Part shown: positions 50,911 to 61,759 of the stretch, piece by piece | Layout of the letters: every line of letters starts with the position of its first letter | How positions within the stretch are numbered: position 1 is the first letter of the stretch | Assembly: GCF_001194135.2 (NCBI RefSeq) | Contig: NC_068996.1 | Span: 35,212,911-35,274,669 of the forward strand | DNA: 61,759 nucleotides | Direction of reading: 5' to 3' | Source: Octopus bimaculoides | Taxonomy: Eukaryota | Notes under the pieces: generated by a model | The model's input: the letters and a program-made list of their open reading frames with translations, nothing else | Told to the model about the DNA's origin: nothing | Database searches by the model: none | Program-made: the position numbers and the translations under genes

Positions 50911-51254
50911 CATATATACTCCAGTTGTAGGAGCAATATTTTTATAGTGGGTTTCATGTGTTCTTCGTGGAATATCAATTATTGATGTAAACACTAAACT
51001 TTACATGTTTCTGTGGTCGATAAAATATTAAAGACAGAAGAGTGGGAGAAGTGGAGATCAAATTGTTAACACTTAACATACTCTTCAACACAAAATACAG
51101 GAGGAAAATGCTTGTAGATGCCATACTTATCAGAAAATGTTAGAAGAAAAATGCTTTAATATTCTATAGGAGTTTAACAAAAAGTGGCAATGGCAATTAA
51201 CTGCATGATAGTCATTATTACATGACACTGACCCAACTCTCTCTCTGTGTATAT

Positions 51255-51880
51255 AATCCCAACCAGATAGTTCCTGGTTCAGTTCCACTGCATGGAAACT
51301 TGGGCAAGTATCTTCTACTATAGCCCTGGGCTGACCAAAGCATTGTGAGAGGATTTGGTAGACAGAAACTGAAAGAACCTCATTGAGTATATGTACATAT
51401 ATCAGTTAATGTACACTGTATAAAGATGAGAGATAATAGTTTCTTGCTATGAAAACATAGTTAGGCAGGATTTTGTAACACGTATGTCTTGAAGCAATAT
51501 TCAGGGTTTGGAGACAAAAGGGACAGTATAAAAAGCTGTTTAGCCACATGTCTTCATAAACTGTTTGTAGTTCTCATCTTTATACAGTATACATTAAATA
51601 TTTATCTCTCACTGGATGATATAGTTTTTTTTGTTGATCTTACTTAACAGAACAGTAAATTATATATGTATGTACATATCTATGTGTATGTGTTCTTATC
51701 TTTCTCCCCCAACTGGTGTTAGCTTATGTCTCTGTAACTTAGTGGTTTAGCAAAACAGACCAATAGAATAAGTACCGGGATTTAAACAAATAAGTACTCG
51801 AAGTTGAATTGTTTGACTAAGCCCTTCAAGGCGGTGCCCCAGCATGGCCACAGCCCAATGACTAAGACTAGATAAAAGAT
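51255..51880 (+). mobile_element. Family A SINE split by an internal insertion
   Basis: 5' half at 51255-51385 and 3' half at 51680-51880, with a MITE between them. Confidence 0.75.
51406..51597. mobile_element. ~190-bp MITE nested in the centre of a SINE
   Basis: 26-bp inverted repeats ttaatgta(c/t)actgtataaagatgaga, 25/26 identical. Confidence 0.8.
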
Positions 51881-53550
51881 GTGTGTGTGTGTGTGTGTGT
51901 AATATAGCTGGCACTGCAGGGGATGCTCTTTTCATCAGTTGTTAACTTGAAATAACAATGATCATAGCACTTTCCAACAGTATTGTTTTCCCCTAAATAT
52001 AAAAGAAAAACTTCAAGAATTGAATTACATAATTGGCCTAAAAATTAATTTAAAACAAAAAAAAAATGTTGACAGACAATGCTTATATTGTTTTCCTAAA
52101 AATAGTAACACAAGTTCCACAGTAGTAGTGAAATTTGGATTTATTTAAAATGCTGATGAAATATAAACAAAACATGAGAAATTTTTTAAAATATCAGCAT
52201 TTTGATAACAATTATCTTGTTGTCTGGAAGAAAACTGTCCAACTGGTACTTGACATTGTTTGCATAATGGGAACTTTACCTTTTGTAGTAGGACTGGTTT
52301 TAGTACAAGGATTTCTTACTGTGACACAAAGCCACAAATTTATAAGAGAGATAGTAATATTGTATAAACAGACCTCAGTACAACACTGGTATTACTTTTA
52401 TTAACCACACATGGATAAAAGGCAACAATATCCATTGTGGAATTTAAAGTTTGGGAATATCATTTACATCACATCTCTGTAGAATGGAACTACATATTGT
52501 AAAGTCTGGAGATATGTGTGCTGCATGGCAGAACTTTGAAACCAAGAGTATGATTTTCTTTAAGCATCAATTTGTAGCATAAAAAATCTTTTAGTCTCTA
52601 TTCATTATTGACCCTTTTGTTACCATATTTCTGTTGAAATATACTTTACCTCAACTGATTTGAAAAATTAATGAAGAATTTTGTCAAATAACTTTGTTGT
52701 TATTAAGCTGATGAAATTTTGATGCCAGGTTCTAATTTAGATCATTTCAAATCAGGAAATCTGTATCATGCAACTGAGAGCAGTTTGAGGTGGGTTGGTA
52801 CTAAGAAGGTTAAATCAATTTAAGGGTGAGTCTTGAAGTAGATACAGCTACAAATAGTAACAGATAACATATACTGGATTAAAAACCCTTGGTTGGGAAA
52901 AAATAGTCAAAGGTTATGGACACAAACCAACAACACAGTTACTATTAAAAAATCATGATGGAGGTAGGATTAGGAGAGCATAAAACAAAGAATGGGTAGG
53001 GTGAGAACAAAATGCTATGGCTCTTTATGATCTGAGTTATATCAGTGATATATAAGGATTCGTATAATCAGTAAATTTGTCCCTCCCTGTTCCCACAAGA
53101 AAATTTTTAAATATCTGGCTTTTGGCATATTTAAGAAATCGTTCTTTAGTTACACTGCTTTACATTCCCTGTTCAAACCCAACCAGATTTCGACATTAGC
53201 TTCCATTGTTCCAGGGTTAAAAGATGTATCAGTCAACTTAGGGTTAAAGTGACACTGAGCCATTCTAAAACCAGAAGTGTGTGACCCTTGTGCCAATGAT
53301 TAAAAGTAGACACGCTAATTATATCTATCTCCTATTCTCATCACTCTTATGACAAGGCGAAATTGTTAGTGTCAGGCAAAATGCATTGCCCTATTTGTTG
53401 CAGTTCTTTACATTGAGTTCAAATTCTGTCAAGGTAACTATGCCTTTCAATTCCATCAGGGTCATATAAAGCAATGGTCTGAGGTAGACATAATTAAACC
53501 CTACCCCAAAATTTCAGGCCTTGTATCTTTACTGGAAACAATTGTTGATG

Positions 53551-53911
53551 TTATTACCTCAGCCTTAGTGAAGGTGGAGGTATTGTTTTCAGTGTGTGTG
53601 TGTGTTTATTCATGAATAAGATATCTCAAGAACCGCTGGATGGATTTGAATGAAGCTTTCAGGGATGTTTGGCCTTGTGACTGGCACAAACTGATTAGAT
53701 TTTGAGATCAATCTTGTACCAGACAAGGATTCTGGATTATTTGTTATATTTACTTTACAGGAAGTATTACAATCTTACATTGACTTTCAAGTCTTTCTCT
53801 GATTATCTCCCTTGAAAGCATGCTCATGGTCTCCACGTAAGTTATGATGGCATTGCTGTTTCCAAAGTTTAGTTTAGTTTCTCTATTAATTTTACTCGCG
53901 TCTCTATCTTA
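53551..53911 (+). mobile_element. HINE 5' portion lacking its normal 3' terminus
   Basis: Starts ttattacctcagcc...ggaggtattgttttc, is similar to 29147-29340 and to the reverse complement of 44750-44860, and diverges after ctctatctta. Confidence 0.7.
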
Positions 53912-54103
53912 GTAGAAACTGTTGGATAAAGAAATCAAACTACAGAAATAAGACTAACATATTCAGTAACAACAATAAATTTGATTTATCCTCGACAATT
54001 TTGAGTTTTACCAATTTTTTAATATATCACTCCTGTTTAAAACCTCTTACCTACTTGACAATTGCATTTCTAGTTCTGCTTTGAAGGTAGCTTTTCTTCT
54101 TGG

Positions 54104-54258
54104 ACTCACGTTTTTGTGCACAATGTTGTTGTTAAACCTCTGTTAACAGCACCATATGCAGGTCCTTTCCATTTTCTTTCATGCATGAATAAATTTTTCA
54201 CTATATACTTTAATGGTTGTAAAGACACTATGTCAGGGGATAGACTAAAAAAAGGCCT
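54104..54258 (+). mobile_element. Gypsy LTR-retrotransposon integrase C-terminal (GPY/F) fragment
   Basis: THVFVHNVVVKPLLTAPYAGPFHFLSCMNKFFTIYFNGCKDTMSGDRLKK matches the Gypsy pattern VFVR...KPL.PPY.GPF.V....K.F.I..NG..DTVS.DRLKP. Confidence 0.8.
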
Positions 54259-54353
54259 TCATAGAGAAAACTGTCCCTGTTCCCACTGCAGACGACACAT
54301 GCACAGCATTACAAACTCAACCCACACATTCACCTTCACATTCCATGATACCA

Positions 54354-54558
54354 TTGGGATCAATCAGGTACCAGACAAGGATTTTGGATTATTTTTCCAG
54401 TTTCTTTTAGTTAATTTTTGAGAGCAGTTGGGTTCATTTTTAGTATTTTCGTTTGTGAGAGCAGTCAAGTTTATTTCAGATGTTCTCATTTTATAAATAA
54501 TTTCCGGCTAACCGTTGAGAGGACATTGGTGTTGCCTTGGCAGAGGTTTGCACTTTCT
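54354..54558 (+). mobile_element. HINE 3' portion, interrupted by a SINE; terminal gctcttgtt lies at 54957-54965
   Basis: Collinear with 29295-29500 and ends ccttggcagaggtttgcactttct. Confidence 0.75.
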
Positions 54559-54958
54559 CTCTTTACTTGTTTCAGTTATTTGACTGTGGCCATGCTGGAG
54601 CACCACCTTTAGTCGAGCAAATCGACCCCGGGACTTATTCTTTGTAAGCCTAGTACTTATTCTATCGGTCTCTTTTGCCAAACTGCTAAGTTACGGGGAC
54701 ATAAACACACCAGCAAGGTTGTCAAGCAATGCTAGGGGGACAAGCACAGACAAACACACGCACACATATAGATATATATATATATATACATATATACGAC
54801 GGGCTTCCTTCAGTTTCCGTCTACCAAATCCACTCACAAGGCTTTGGTCGGCCCGAGGCTATAGTAGAAGACACTTGCCCAAGGTGCCATGCAGTGGGAC
54901 TGAACCCAGAACCATGTGGTTGGTAAGCAAGCTACTTACCACACAGCCACTCCTGCGC
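54559..54958 (-). mobile_element. Family A SINE, best-preserved full-length copy
   Basis: A box TGGCTGTGTGG (54939-54949), B box GGTTCAGTCCC (54896-54906), central (TA)n, A-rich tail. Confidence 0.92.
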
Positions 54959-54967
54959 TCTTGTTTT

Positions 54968-55480
54968 TATTATTATTATTAGAAGTCTGCTTGCAGGTGC
55001 CAACTGTTTACAACCAGTGGACTGAGGTGATACCTTCAATTGTCAAGCACATTTCTAAGTATTCTAACTGTTCCAAGGAATGTTGCTTTCTGTAAGTGCC
55101 CCACACTGATATTGCCCACTAATATTTTAAAAAATAATTTTCAATTCTAGTGTTTACAGTACCAAACGTTCTGATTAGAACTGGGACCACCTCAACCTTT
55201 TCCATTACCCACAACTGTTTTATCTCCCATGCTAGAGTTCATATCTCTCAATCAACTTCAATTCTTTGTCACAAACCTTACAGTCAGCTGGACAAGTCAC
55301 ATTTAAAATAAAACAGTTTGTTAACCATTATAATATCTGGTTTATAGTGTTCAATTTCATGCTCACATTGTACCATAAAGTCACATAAAATTTTAGTATG
55401 ATCATTTTCTACAATGCCATCTGGTTTGTGCTTATACCACAGGCTTGTTCTTTCAAGACTGTATTTTCTATGCTGCCTAT
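54968..55480 (-). mobile_element. Decayed R4/Dong-like LINE 3' fragment
   Basis: WYKHKPDGIVENDHTKILCDFMVQCEHEIEHYKPDII (PD of the RLE motif), then WEIKQLWVMEKVEVVPVLIRTFG...LQKATFLGTVRILRNVL*, ending in a (TAA)n tail at about 54968-54981. Confidence 0.8.
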
Positions 55481-58035
55481 ATGCTATGGAATGTATGAAG
55501 ATGAAACACCAAAGTTTGAACTCCAATAGCTACACTTCACTGATGGAGTTGAATTAACTTTCAGTGTTGCTTGTTCCTTACATCTGAGTCAAACCATCTA
55601 AAAAGGATTTTCAAAGAACTTGAAACATATTGTAGACAAAAACAAAACATTGATAGAGGTGTCCTTGGGGGAGGGGCAGATGACATTCTGGCTGAAGAAA
55701 GATTTGGTAAAAATGCTTAATATGGAATGAATAGAGAAGAAACAACAGATATAAGAGGGAAACGGGTACATCAGTACGCAAGGCTTGAGATGGTACATAG
55801 TTTTCTAGTAGAGATAAAGGAAATTGTTTCCCCAAGGCATGGAATAAATGTTACTTGAAATTTTAAGCCTTTAAAAAGGGAGAAATTCAAAAATTAAAAA
55901 TTTTTGCACAAATCTTCAATTTGGCTTAACCTATGAGAATGAAATGTTCAGGAAATATCTCACAGAAATAAATGGTGAAACTTTGAAAAAGATCTGAGAA
56001 TATAACCAATAGATCCCTGTTAAACTTGGCTGAAATGACCCAGGGTTCATTCTAGTAGCAATAGAAAGGACAGAGAAAAAAAACAGTGAGTTTGTGTGCC
56101 AGTGTTGGTAATATATCCAATAAATATTTCAGAAACTAACAACAGCACAAAGCAATCAACTTTGCACTGTAATACTGAAAGAAGTGAGAGTTCAACGTTT
56201 TGGATTGCTTTTTGTCGAGAAAGAGAAAGGGAAAAAAAGAAGGTTCAGTAATAGTCGTATGGGAGACGATATTAGAAAATATGGTTGTTGGTTAATGAAT
56301 CCTTTGCCAATCAGTAAAACAGTCCACTTTTTGATATGGACTCGGATATTTGTTGTTTCTAGACAGTAGGAACTTGTCAGATATCAGAGGTAGTCGACTG
56401 TGGATGCTTAACAGATCAGTGCTCAAATATTTTCTGATCGTGAAAAGGAATAAGTTCTTTGAGACACATGGAAAGAGCTTCCACTTTGAATAAGCCTGTA
56501 TTATATATCCTTCGTGAAAATTTAAGAAACTACACCATATACAATATCGACAACACAATGTATTTAAAGTTGAAATTTAAGAAATAAGTATATTTGAGTA
56601 TTTTTGACTGGCAACCATATAAAGAAAAAAACGCATCGATGTTACTATCAAGTAAATAAAAGACTGGTTCTCAGTTTTATCTGAAGACAGAATCATCCAT
56701 ATAGAGAATAAGAAGTCCAGACAAAACCAGCTAGAGTCCAACAGAATGTTATTACAATTCTTCAGCTTGATAAGTGATATTTGATCTGAGAGTGTGTGTT
56801 GAAACAAGCAATTCCACGATAGTTATATTTAGCCATTTAAAACATAACACTGTTAAGATATTCACTTATTGCACATGCAAAAGACGAAAGAAAAGGCTTC
56901 GATATTTAATTATCAGAATAAGTGACTATAACAGTATGTGAGTATTTTAAATAGCGTTGAAATACACGACCCTACCATGGTACAATACAAATATTATTTA
57001 ATGTAACTTTCTCGAAGGTGAAATCTGACAAAAGAAAAGAGAGCCAGATATGTCAACATATTGTAAGCGTTTCTTTTCTTTCTTACAATGAATGCCTTTA
57101 AGTTGCTAAAGTAGTAATTTGGTGCAAAGAGAAACTTACTAAGTGAAGAGGGTGGAGGAGGTGGTAGTTTTAATTGCTGACAATTGCTGACTGAACATAA
57201 AAGAGCAGTGGGGGAATGTACGATACAAACGTACACACACATGTATGAGTGTGTAAATAAATGTTGGTGGGTGAAGATTCTAACATGTTATTACATCACG
57301 GCAAAACAACATAAGTGGTTTGTGAAAAGGGGTTACTTTCTTTCATTCTTTTCTAAACAACCTTATATCTTCGGGGGATGTTCAGAATATAAGGGTATAG
57401 TGGAAGGGAGGGTTCTGTCATTGTTCCATTAAGTTAAAACTGAAAGAAAACCACTTATTTCTCTGCTCATTAACCGAGGTCGGGAGAAAACAAGACAGAA
57501 GAAAAATAAATAAATGAAATAAAGCAAATAACAATATCGGAGAAAAGAGAGTGAAGGAAAAATTTTAATATTTCGTCAGTTGTCAGAAGAATAGAAAGGA
57601 AAGAAGGTAAAACAGGTAGTCAGGCCTGTTTAGGTGTATAGCAGCAATTTAACTTTGAAACCCAGTCTGTTTCTAGAATGAAAACAATAACACGAGCTGA
57701 TTCTACATACCACCACCACCACACAAACATTCAGTAGCAACTACTTCCAAGCAAGACCTGTTAACAAGAAAATGAGAAAGCCATTTATTTAACTCTAATT
57801 CTTTTCCTGTACTCTTCTACACCTTTCTTTCTGCTTTTCTTTAGCATACACATTAACAACTGCTGGATTCGATGACTAACAGTCGATAGTTTAACAGTCA
57901 ATCCAAGTGAACTATTGAAAAAAAAAAAGAGGGACAGACAGTACAAATAATGTGTGTGTGTGTATATATATACAAACACATACATACGTTACTCGCTCCT
58001 TTAATTTCCCTTCTTATTTCTCCCTCTTTCATTCG

Positions 58036-58078
<43 letters not shown>

Positions 58079-58154
58079 CTGCTTCGGGGAAACTTTTAAG
58101 TAATGAGGGAAGGGCGAGTTACAGGGTGTTTTGATGTAATCAAATTAAACTCAC

Positions 58155-58262
58155 CATGACTGAAAGGGTTTAGGCGAAATAAACCGGCACACCATAAACA
58201 AGTAAATCCAGGTGTGACCAATCCAAAAAACTCGGCGCGTAATATGTATTAAAAAATAGTAT
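58155..58262 (-). CDS. Predicted start exon of the CAP-Gly gene: 5'UTR plus ATG only (coding part 58155-58157)
   Basis: Minus strand reads TAA acc ctt tca gtc ATG|GTGAGT: an in-frame stop 5 codons upstream and a phase-0 donor matching the phase-0 acceptor at 15689, giving MAFQLPDKLDASRK. A candidate acceptor ttattctcttttctttcttgttctttcgacaag| places the exon start at 58262. Confidence 0.6.
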
Positions 58263-58974
58263 CTTGTCGAAAGAACAAGAAAGAAAAGAGAATAAGTGTA
58301 TAATAGAAAGCACTTGTTGGTTTAGTTTCCCTTATTTTCTTTTTCTTTTGTCTCTTGTTTTTCTTCTTTCTACATACACCTTCACGAAACAAACGAACCT
58401 GTGAAGTGACAGACAAGTGAGGGGTACGTTTTGTCTTTTCTTTTTCTTTTATACTCCACCACTATGTGTCTCGTTTTTTGAATGGTCGTCCCATTTCAAG
58501 TGATATTTACATAAAGGAGAGTAAAACAATGGACTTCATAATATTCCATAAATGTCACAGAACATTTCGAAAAACCTTGTGTTTATTTTTTCTTCTCTTC
58601 CACCAATTTTACATTTCTGGTAAGGCGCTTGGAGTTGTTTGGTTTGGTAAATTAGTTGGTAAAATAGTAGCAACATATTGAATTGGACTGTGATTTATAA
58701 TGTGATGTGACATGTGGACAGTCTTTGTAAGTGTTGACACTTGTTTTGTTTTGTTTTTTTATTTTCGTCGTTGTCGTCCTTCTTGTTCTTTCTTTTGTTT
58801 TGTTTTTGTTTTTGCCTAATCTTTTGTTTTACTACGTAGGCATTTCTGAAACACACGCACACACTGTCAATGATGGCTTCACAGTGGTTTACGAAAATAA
58901 AGAAAGAGAAGGATAGAGTTAGATAGAGATATTTTAGAGAGAGAGAGAGAGTGTGTGTGCGATAAAGAGCTTAC

Positions 58975-59200
58975 ATGTGAGTGGCGGCGGCGGCAGGAAA
59001 GTGATACACATGTAAGGTAGTAACTGTAAATATCAGTTTGCTTATCATTTGTTGTCACTGCTTTAATTATAAAGGATAACCTGATCTGTAACTTTATACC
59101 ACAGTAATAGGAGAGAGAAACAAGTGTGTGTGTGAGAGAGAGAGTGCGCGCATACGCACGTGTGTGTATTTCGGGACGAAGGTAGGGTTTCAATTTTGTA
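58975..59200 (-). other. Candidate non-coding first exon
   Basis: Donor-like ccgccactcacat|GTAAGC with the intron starting at 58974, in CpG-retaining GA/CA-rich sequence upstream of the ATG exon. The 5' boundary is a guess. Confidence 0.3.
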
Positions 59201-59745
59201 CCTTTTCAGCCGATAATAGATTTAATTAGAGAAACAGGGCTACAAGGGACGTCGATGTTATGTCACCCTAATTCGAACAGCTGTATTAGAATAAATAAGA
59301 AAATGACAAAAAAAAAAAAGGAAAGGAAGGAAATAACAGTATCAGTCAATTAAAAAGACAATAAGAAACTGATATATAGGAAGGAAAGATGTTGACCCTA
59401 CGCCAGGTTATAATGAAAATTACATACACACACAAGCTCCAATGAGGGACTCTATGTAATGTCTCTCGAACTGCTAGAAATAGCAGTACATTTCCCTTCA
59501 ATACATCTTACAGCCTTAAAAATAAAAGGAACACTGACCACATAGTCTGATAAACAAACAAGATGGTCATGGATGGAATGCCTTTAATCACTGATTTACT
59601 TAATCGGGGCTAACTTAAGGCGAAAACAGACACAGACAATCTTTCAGTCTATCTATCTATCTATGTGTGTGTTATGTCAGTGCAAGTGTGTGTGTACCTA
59701 CCTATCAGTCTATATATTTGTACATAGATACATACATATAATATA

Positions 59746-59804
<59 letters not shown>

Positions 59805-60174
59805 TTTGTGTATATATTGCATATACCGGGAGTTGAAATTCAATGAGAGAGGAGGGAAGAAAAGAAAGTGAAAAGTGAGTGAGAAGGAAGAACAAGCAGA
59901 ATGTAAGTAGGAAAGACGTAAGTAGGAAGCTTGGTGTTATTGAGAAGTTTTCTGTTCGTAATGAAGTGTATGTAGGGCGGTGATGAAGGGTGTAGATGTG
60001 TTTGTTGGTGAAGTAACAGATAGGCATGTTTTGAGTATTTACAGAAAAATTCAAGTACCTATGTTGGAAGGAGAATACCTCTTATTTACAGACATATATC
60101 CCACCCTTATCTCTCTCTCTCTCCCCCCCTCATTTCCGACTTTCTGATTGCCTTCTACGATGTCTATCTATTGT

Positions 60175-60592
60175 GAAGGCGCGTGGTTTAGTGGTTGGGG
60201 TATTCGGGCCACAATCGTAATGACGTGAGTTTGATTCCTGGCGGCGCGTTATGCTCTTGAGCAAGAGACTTTATTTCATGTTGTCCCAGTCTACTCAGCT
60301 GGCAAAAATGGGCGGAGGTAAAGAATACGTACACCACCCATTTTCGGTGTAACAAAAACCCTAACCCCTAAACACCGGGTGTACGTATTCTTTACTTTCG
60401 CCGCAAAAATGAATGGTATCTGTAATTCAAAGAGCCCAGTTCTGTTACATTCTGTGTCACGTTGAATCCACCTGAGAACTACGTTAAGAGTACACGTGTC
60501 TGTGAAATGCTCAGCCACTTGCATGTTTATCCCACAAGCAGAGTATTCTGTTGATCGGACCAACTGGAGCACACGTCGTCGTAACCGATGGA
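60175..60592 (+). mobile_element. CpG-rich tRNA-derived SINE (third family) hosting the 92-bp MITE
   Basis: A box TGGTTTAGTGG, B box GTTTGATTCC, then cttgagcaagagactttatttcatgttgtcccagtctactcagctg (Deu/Nin-like, from memory). Confidence 0.7.
60311..60402. mobile_element. 92-bp micro-MITE with 9-bp TSD
   Basis: TIR GGCG(G/A)A(G/A)GTAAAGAATACGTACACC, 23/25 identical. TSD GCAAAAATG at 60302-60310 and 60403-60411. Confidence 0.92.
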
Positions 60593-60670
60593 TTATCTAT
60601 CTGTCTGTGTAGATAAATAACTATACAATCACTACACACATATACACATACTTCTATTCATATACATGTT

Positions 60671-60709
<39 letters not shown>

Positions 60710-60900
60710 ATCATCATCATCGTTTAATGTCCATGTTCCATACCGGCATAGGTTGGACAATTTAATAGGACCTGATAGGTCCAAGGACTGCATCATGCTT
60801 CAGTGTCTGCTTTGGCATGGTTTCTACAGCTGGATGCCCTTCCCAATGCCAACAACTTTACAGAGTGTACTCTGCTTTTTTGTGCCACCCAGTACATGGG
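60710..60900 (-). mobile_element. RTE 3'UTR fragment
   Basis: catcatcatcgtttaatgtcc...ctacagctggatgcccttcccaatgccaac. Confidence 0.75.
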
Positions 60901-61576
60901 AGTATACTGGGAACGTCCAACGTTTCTGATAAAGACCTTCTTCAAGGTTAAGATTACGGGAAGGAAAAAGGAAATTTCACAGTTTCTCTTGCTTTCCCAA
61001 ATAATATAAGTACCACTAGTCTTTTTGCAATGTATTTGTACATACATACACACACACACACATTTACAGTTTAATGAAATTTTTATCCAGTAACTCTGGA
61101 ACATTAGGCTTTGAGCTAGCAATGTGGATATTCATCTAACAATTAGTCAATCAGGATTTCTTTAAGTGCAGCAACTAAAATGATTGATGACACCAAATTG
61201 ATGCCACTCATTGCCTCCCTAATGTATAAGTTCTATTGACTCACAGGGAATTCATCCATTTTTTGCAGGTTTTATTTTCACTGGAGAAGACCTGTAGGAC
61301 ACAGTGGTTGGTACCACTCACTCAGCCATGAGTAAGTACTGGATTACAAGATTACCAACAGACCTGGCATATATAAGTGAAAAAGAGAGAGGGTATAGAA
61401 TATTGTAGTAGAAGCTGCTTATTATGATCATTTTAGAATTGAACCTTTCAGATAACAATAACTCACTGATAACATTGAGCAGAGAAAATGACTAGAATTG
61501 GAATGTATTTGGGATTTACTGTTGACAACAATAACCATTTGATAACATTATCTATGATAATAAGCAGGTTTTGCTG

Positions 61577-61621
<45 letters not shown>

Positions 61622-61759
61622 TAAATGTGGTGGGTATTTTACAGATAAGAAAGTAAGTTTCAAATGTAGCAAAGCTGTAAGAACAGCAAAGAAAGATTGG
61701 GAATTTACCCTTATAAGACAGAAAAAAGTTTCAGGGTGGTTCTTGGTGTTTGGAAGGTC

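Larger units (their letters stand above)
15690..58154 (-). other. Inferred 42,465-nt intron (GT...AG) between the ATG exon and the large coding exon
   Basis: Phase-compatible splice sites at both ends. No convincing in-frame exon was found between them, and the content is mostly repeats. Confidence 0.5.
56500..60600. promoter_or_regulatory. CpG-retaining putative promoter/5' region of the minus-strand gene
   Basis: CpGs are visibly frequent here (ctcggcgcgt, ggcggcggcggc, gtgcgcgcatacgcacg, gggacgtcgatg) compared with the CpG-depleted intron. The region coincides with the predicted start exon. Confidence 0.45.

Noticed and set aside
55590-55840. ORFs 55598-55835 next to the Dong-like fragment
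   Set aside because: No recognisable motifs on either strand.
57711-57911. Minus-strand segment with acceptor ttttttttcaatag and donor GTATGT
   Set aside because: Would introduce a stop 7 codons after the ATG (MFTWIDC*). Poly-T plus AG is common by chance in this DNA.

Overview
A 61.8-kb AT-rich animal genomic window, dense in microsatellites and SINEs, with four N-gaps. The repeat repertoire (bipartite tRNA-derived SINEs with a central (TA/TG)n tract, RTE 3' ends with (GAT)n tails) looks like octopus/coleoid DNA; this is an inference from memory, not a database match. One protein-coding gene lies on the minus strand: a CAP-Gly domain (CLIP/restin-like) gene. Its 2,431-nt coding exon (13259-15689) has clean splice sites and encodes a CAP-Gly domain plus a long Q/P/Y-rich repeat region. 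The start codon appears to sit alone at the end of an upstream exon (ATG|GTGAGT, 58155-58157), implying an intron of about 42.5 kb and an N-terminus MAFQLPDK. Downstream exons could not be assigned with confidence. The introns contain a decayed Penelope element (RT plus GIY-YIG), R4/Dong-like and RTE LINE fragments, a Gypsy integrase fragment, Helentron-type HINEs, several MITEs, at least four SINE families and a full-length U6 pseudogene. The most unusual observations are: (i) a 281-bp foldback carrying two minimal hammerhead-ribozyme motifs with the compensatory U3-A8 core, beside the Penelope remnant; (ii) a U6 copy joined directly to the 5' end of a SINE, a candidate U6-SINE chimeric retrocopy; (iii) a tRNA-headed element carrying a Penelope-type hammerhead remnant; (iv) head-to-tail SINE chains built on (ATT)n tails. 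All alignments, translations and foldings were done by eye, and repeat boundaries are approximate (about +/-10-20 nt) unless TIRs or TSDs are quoted.
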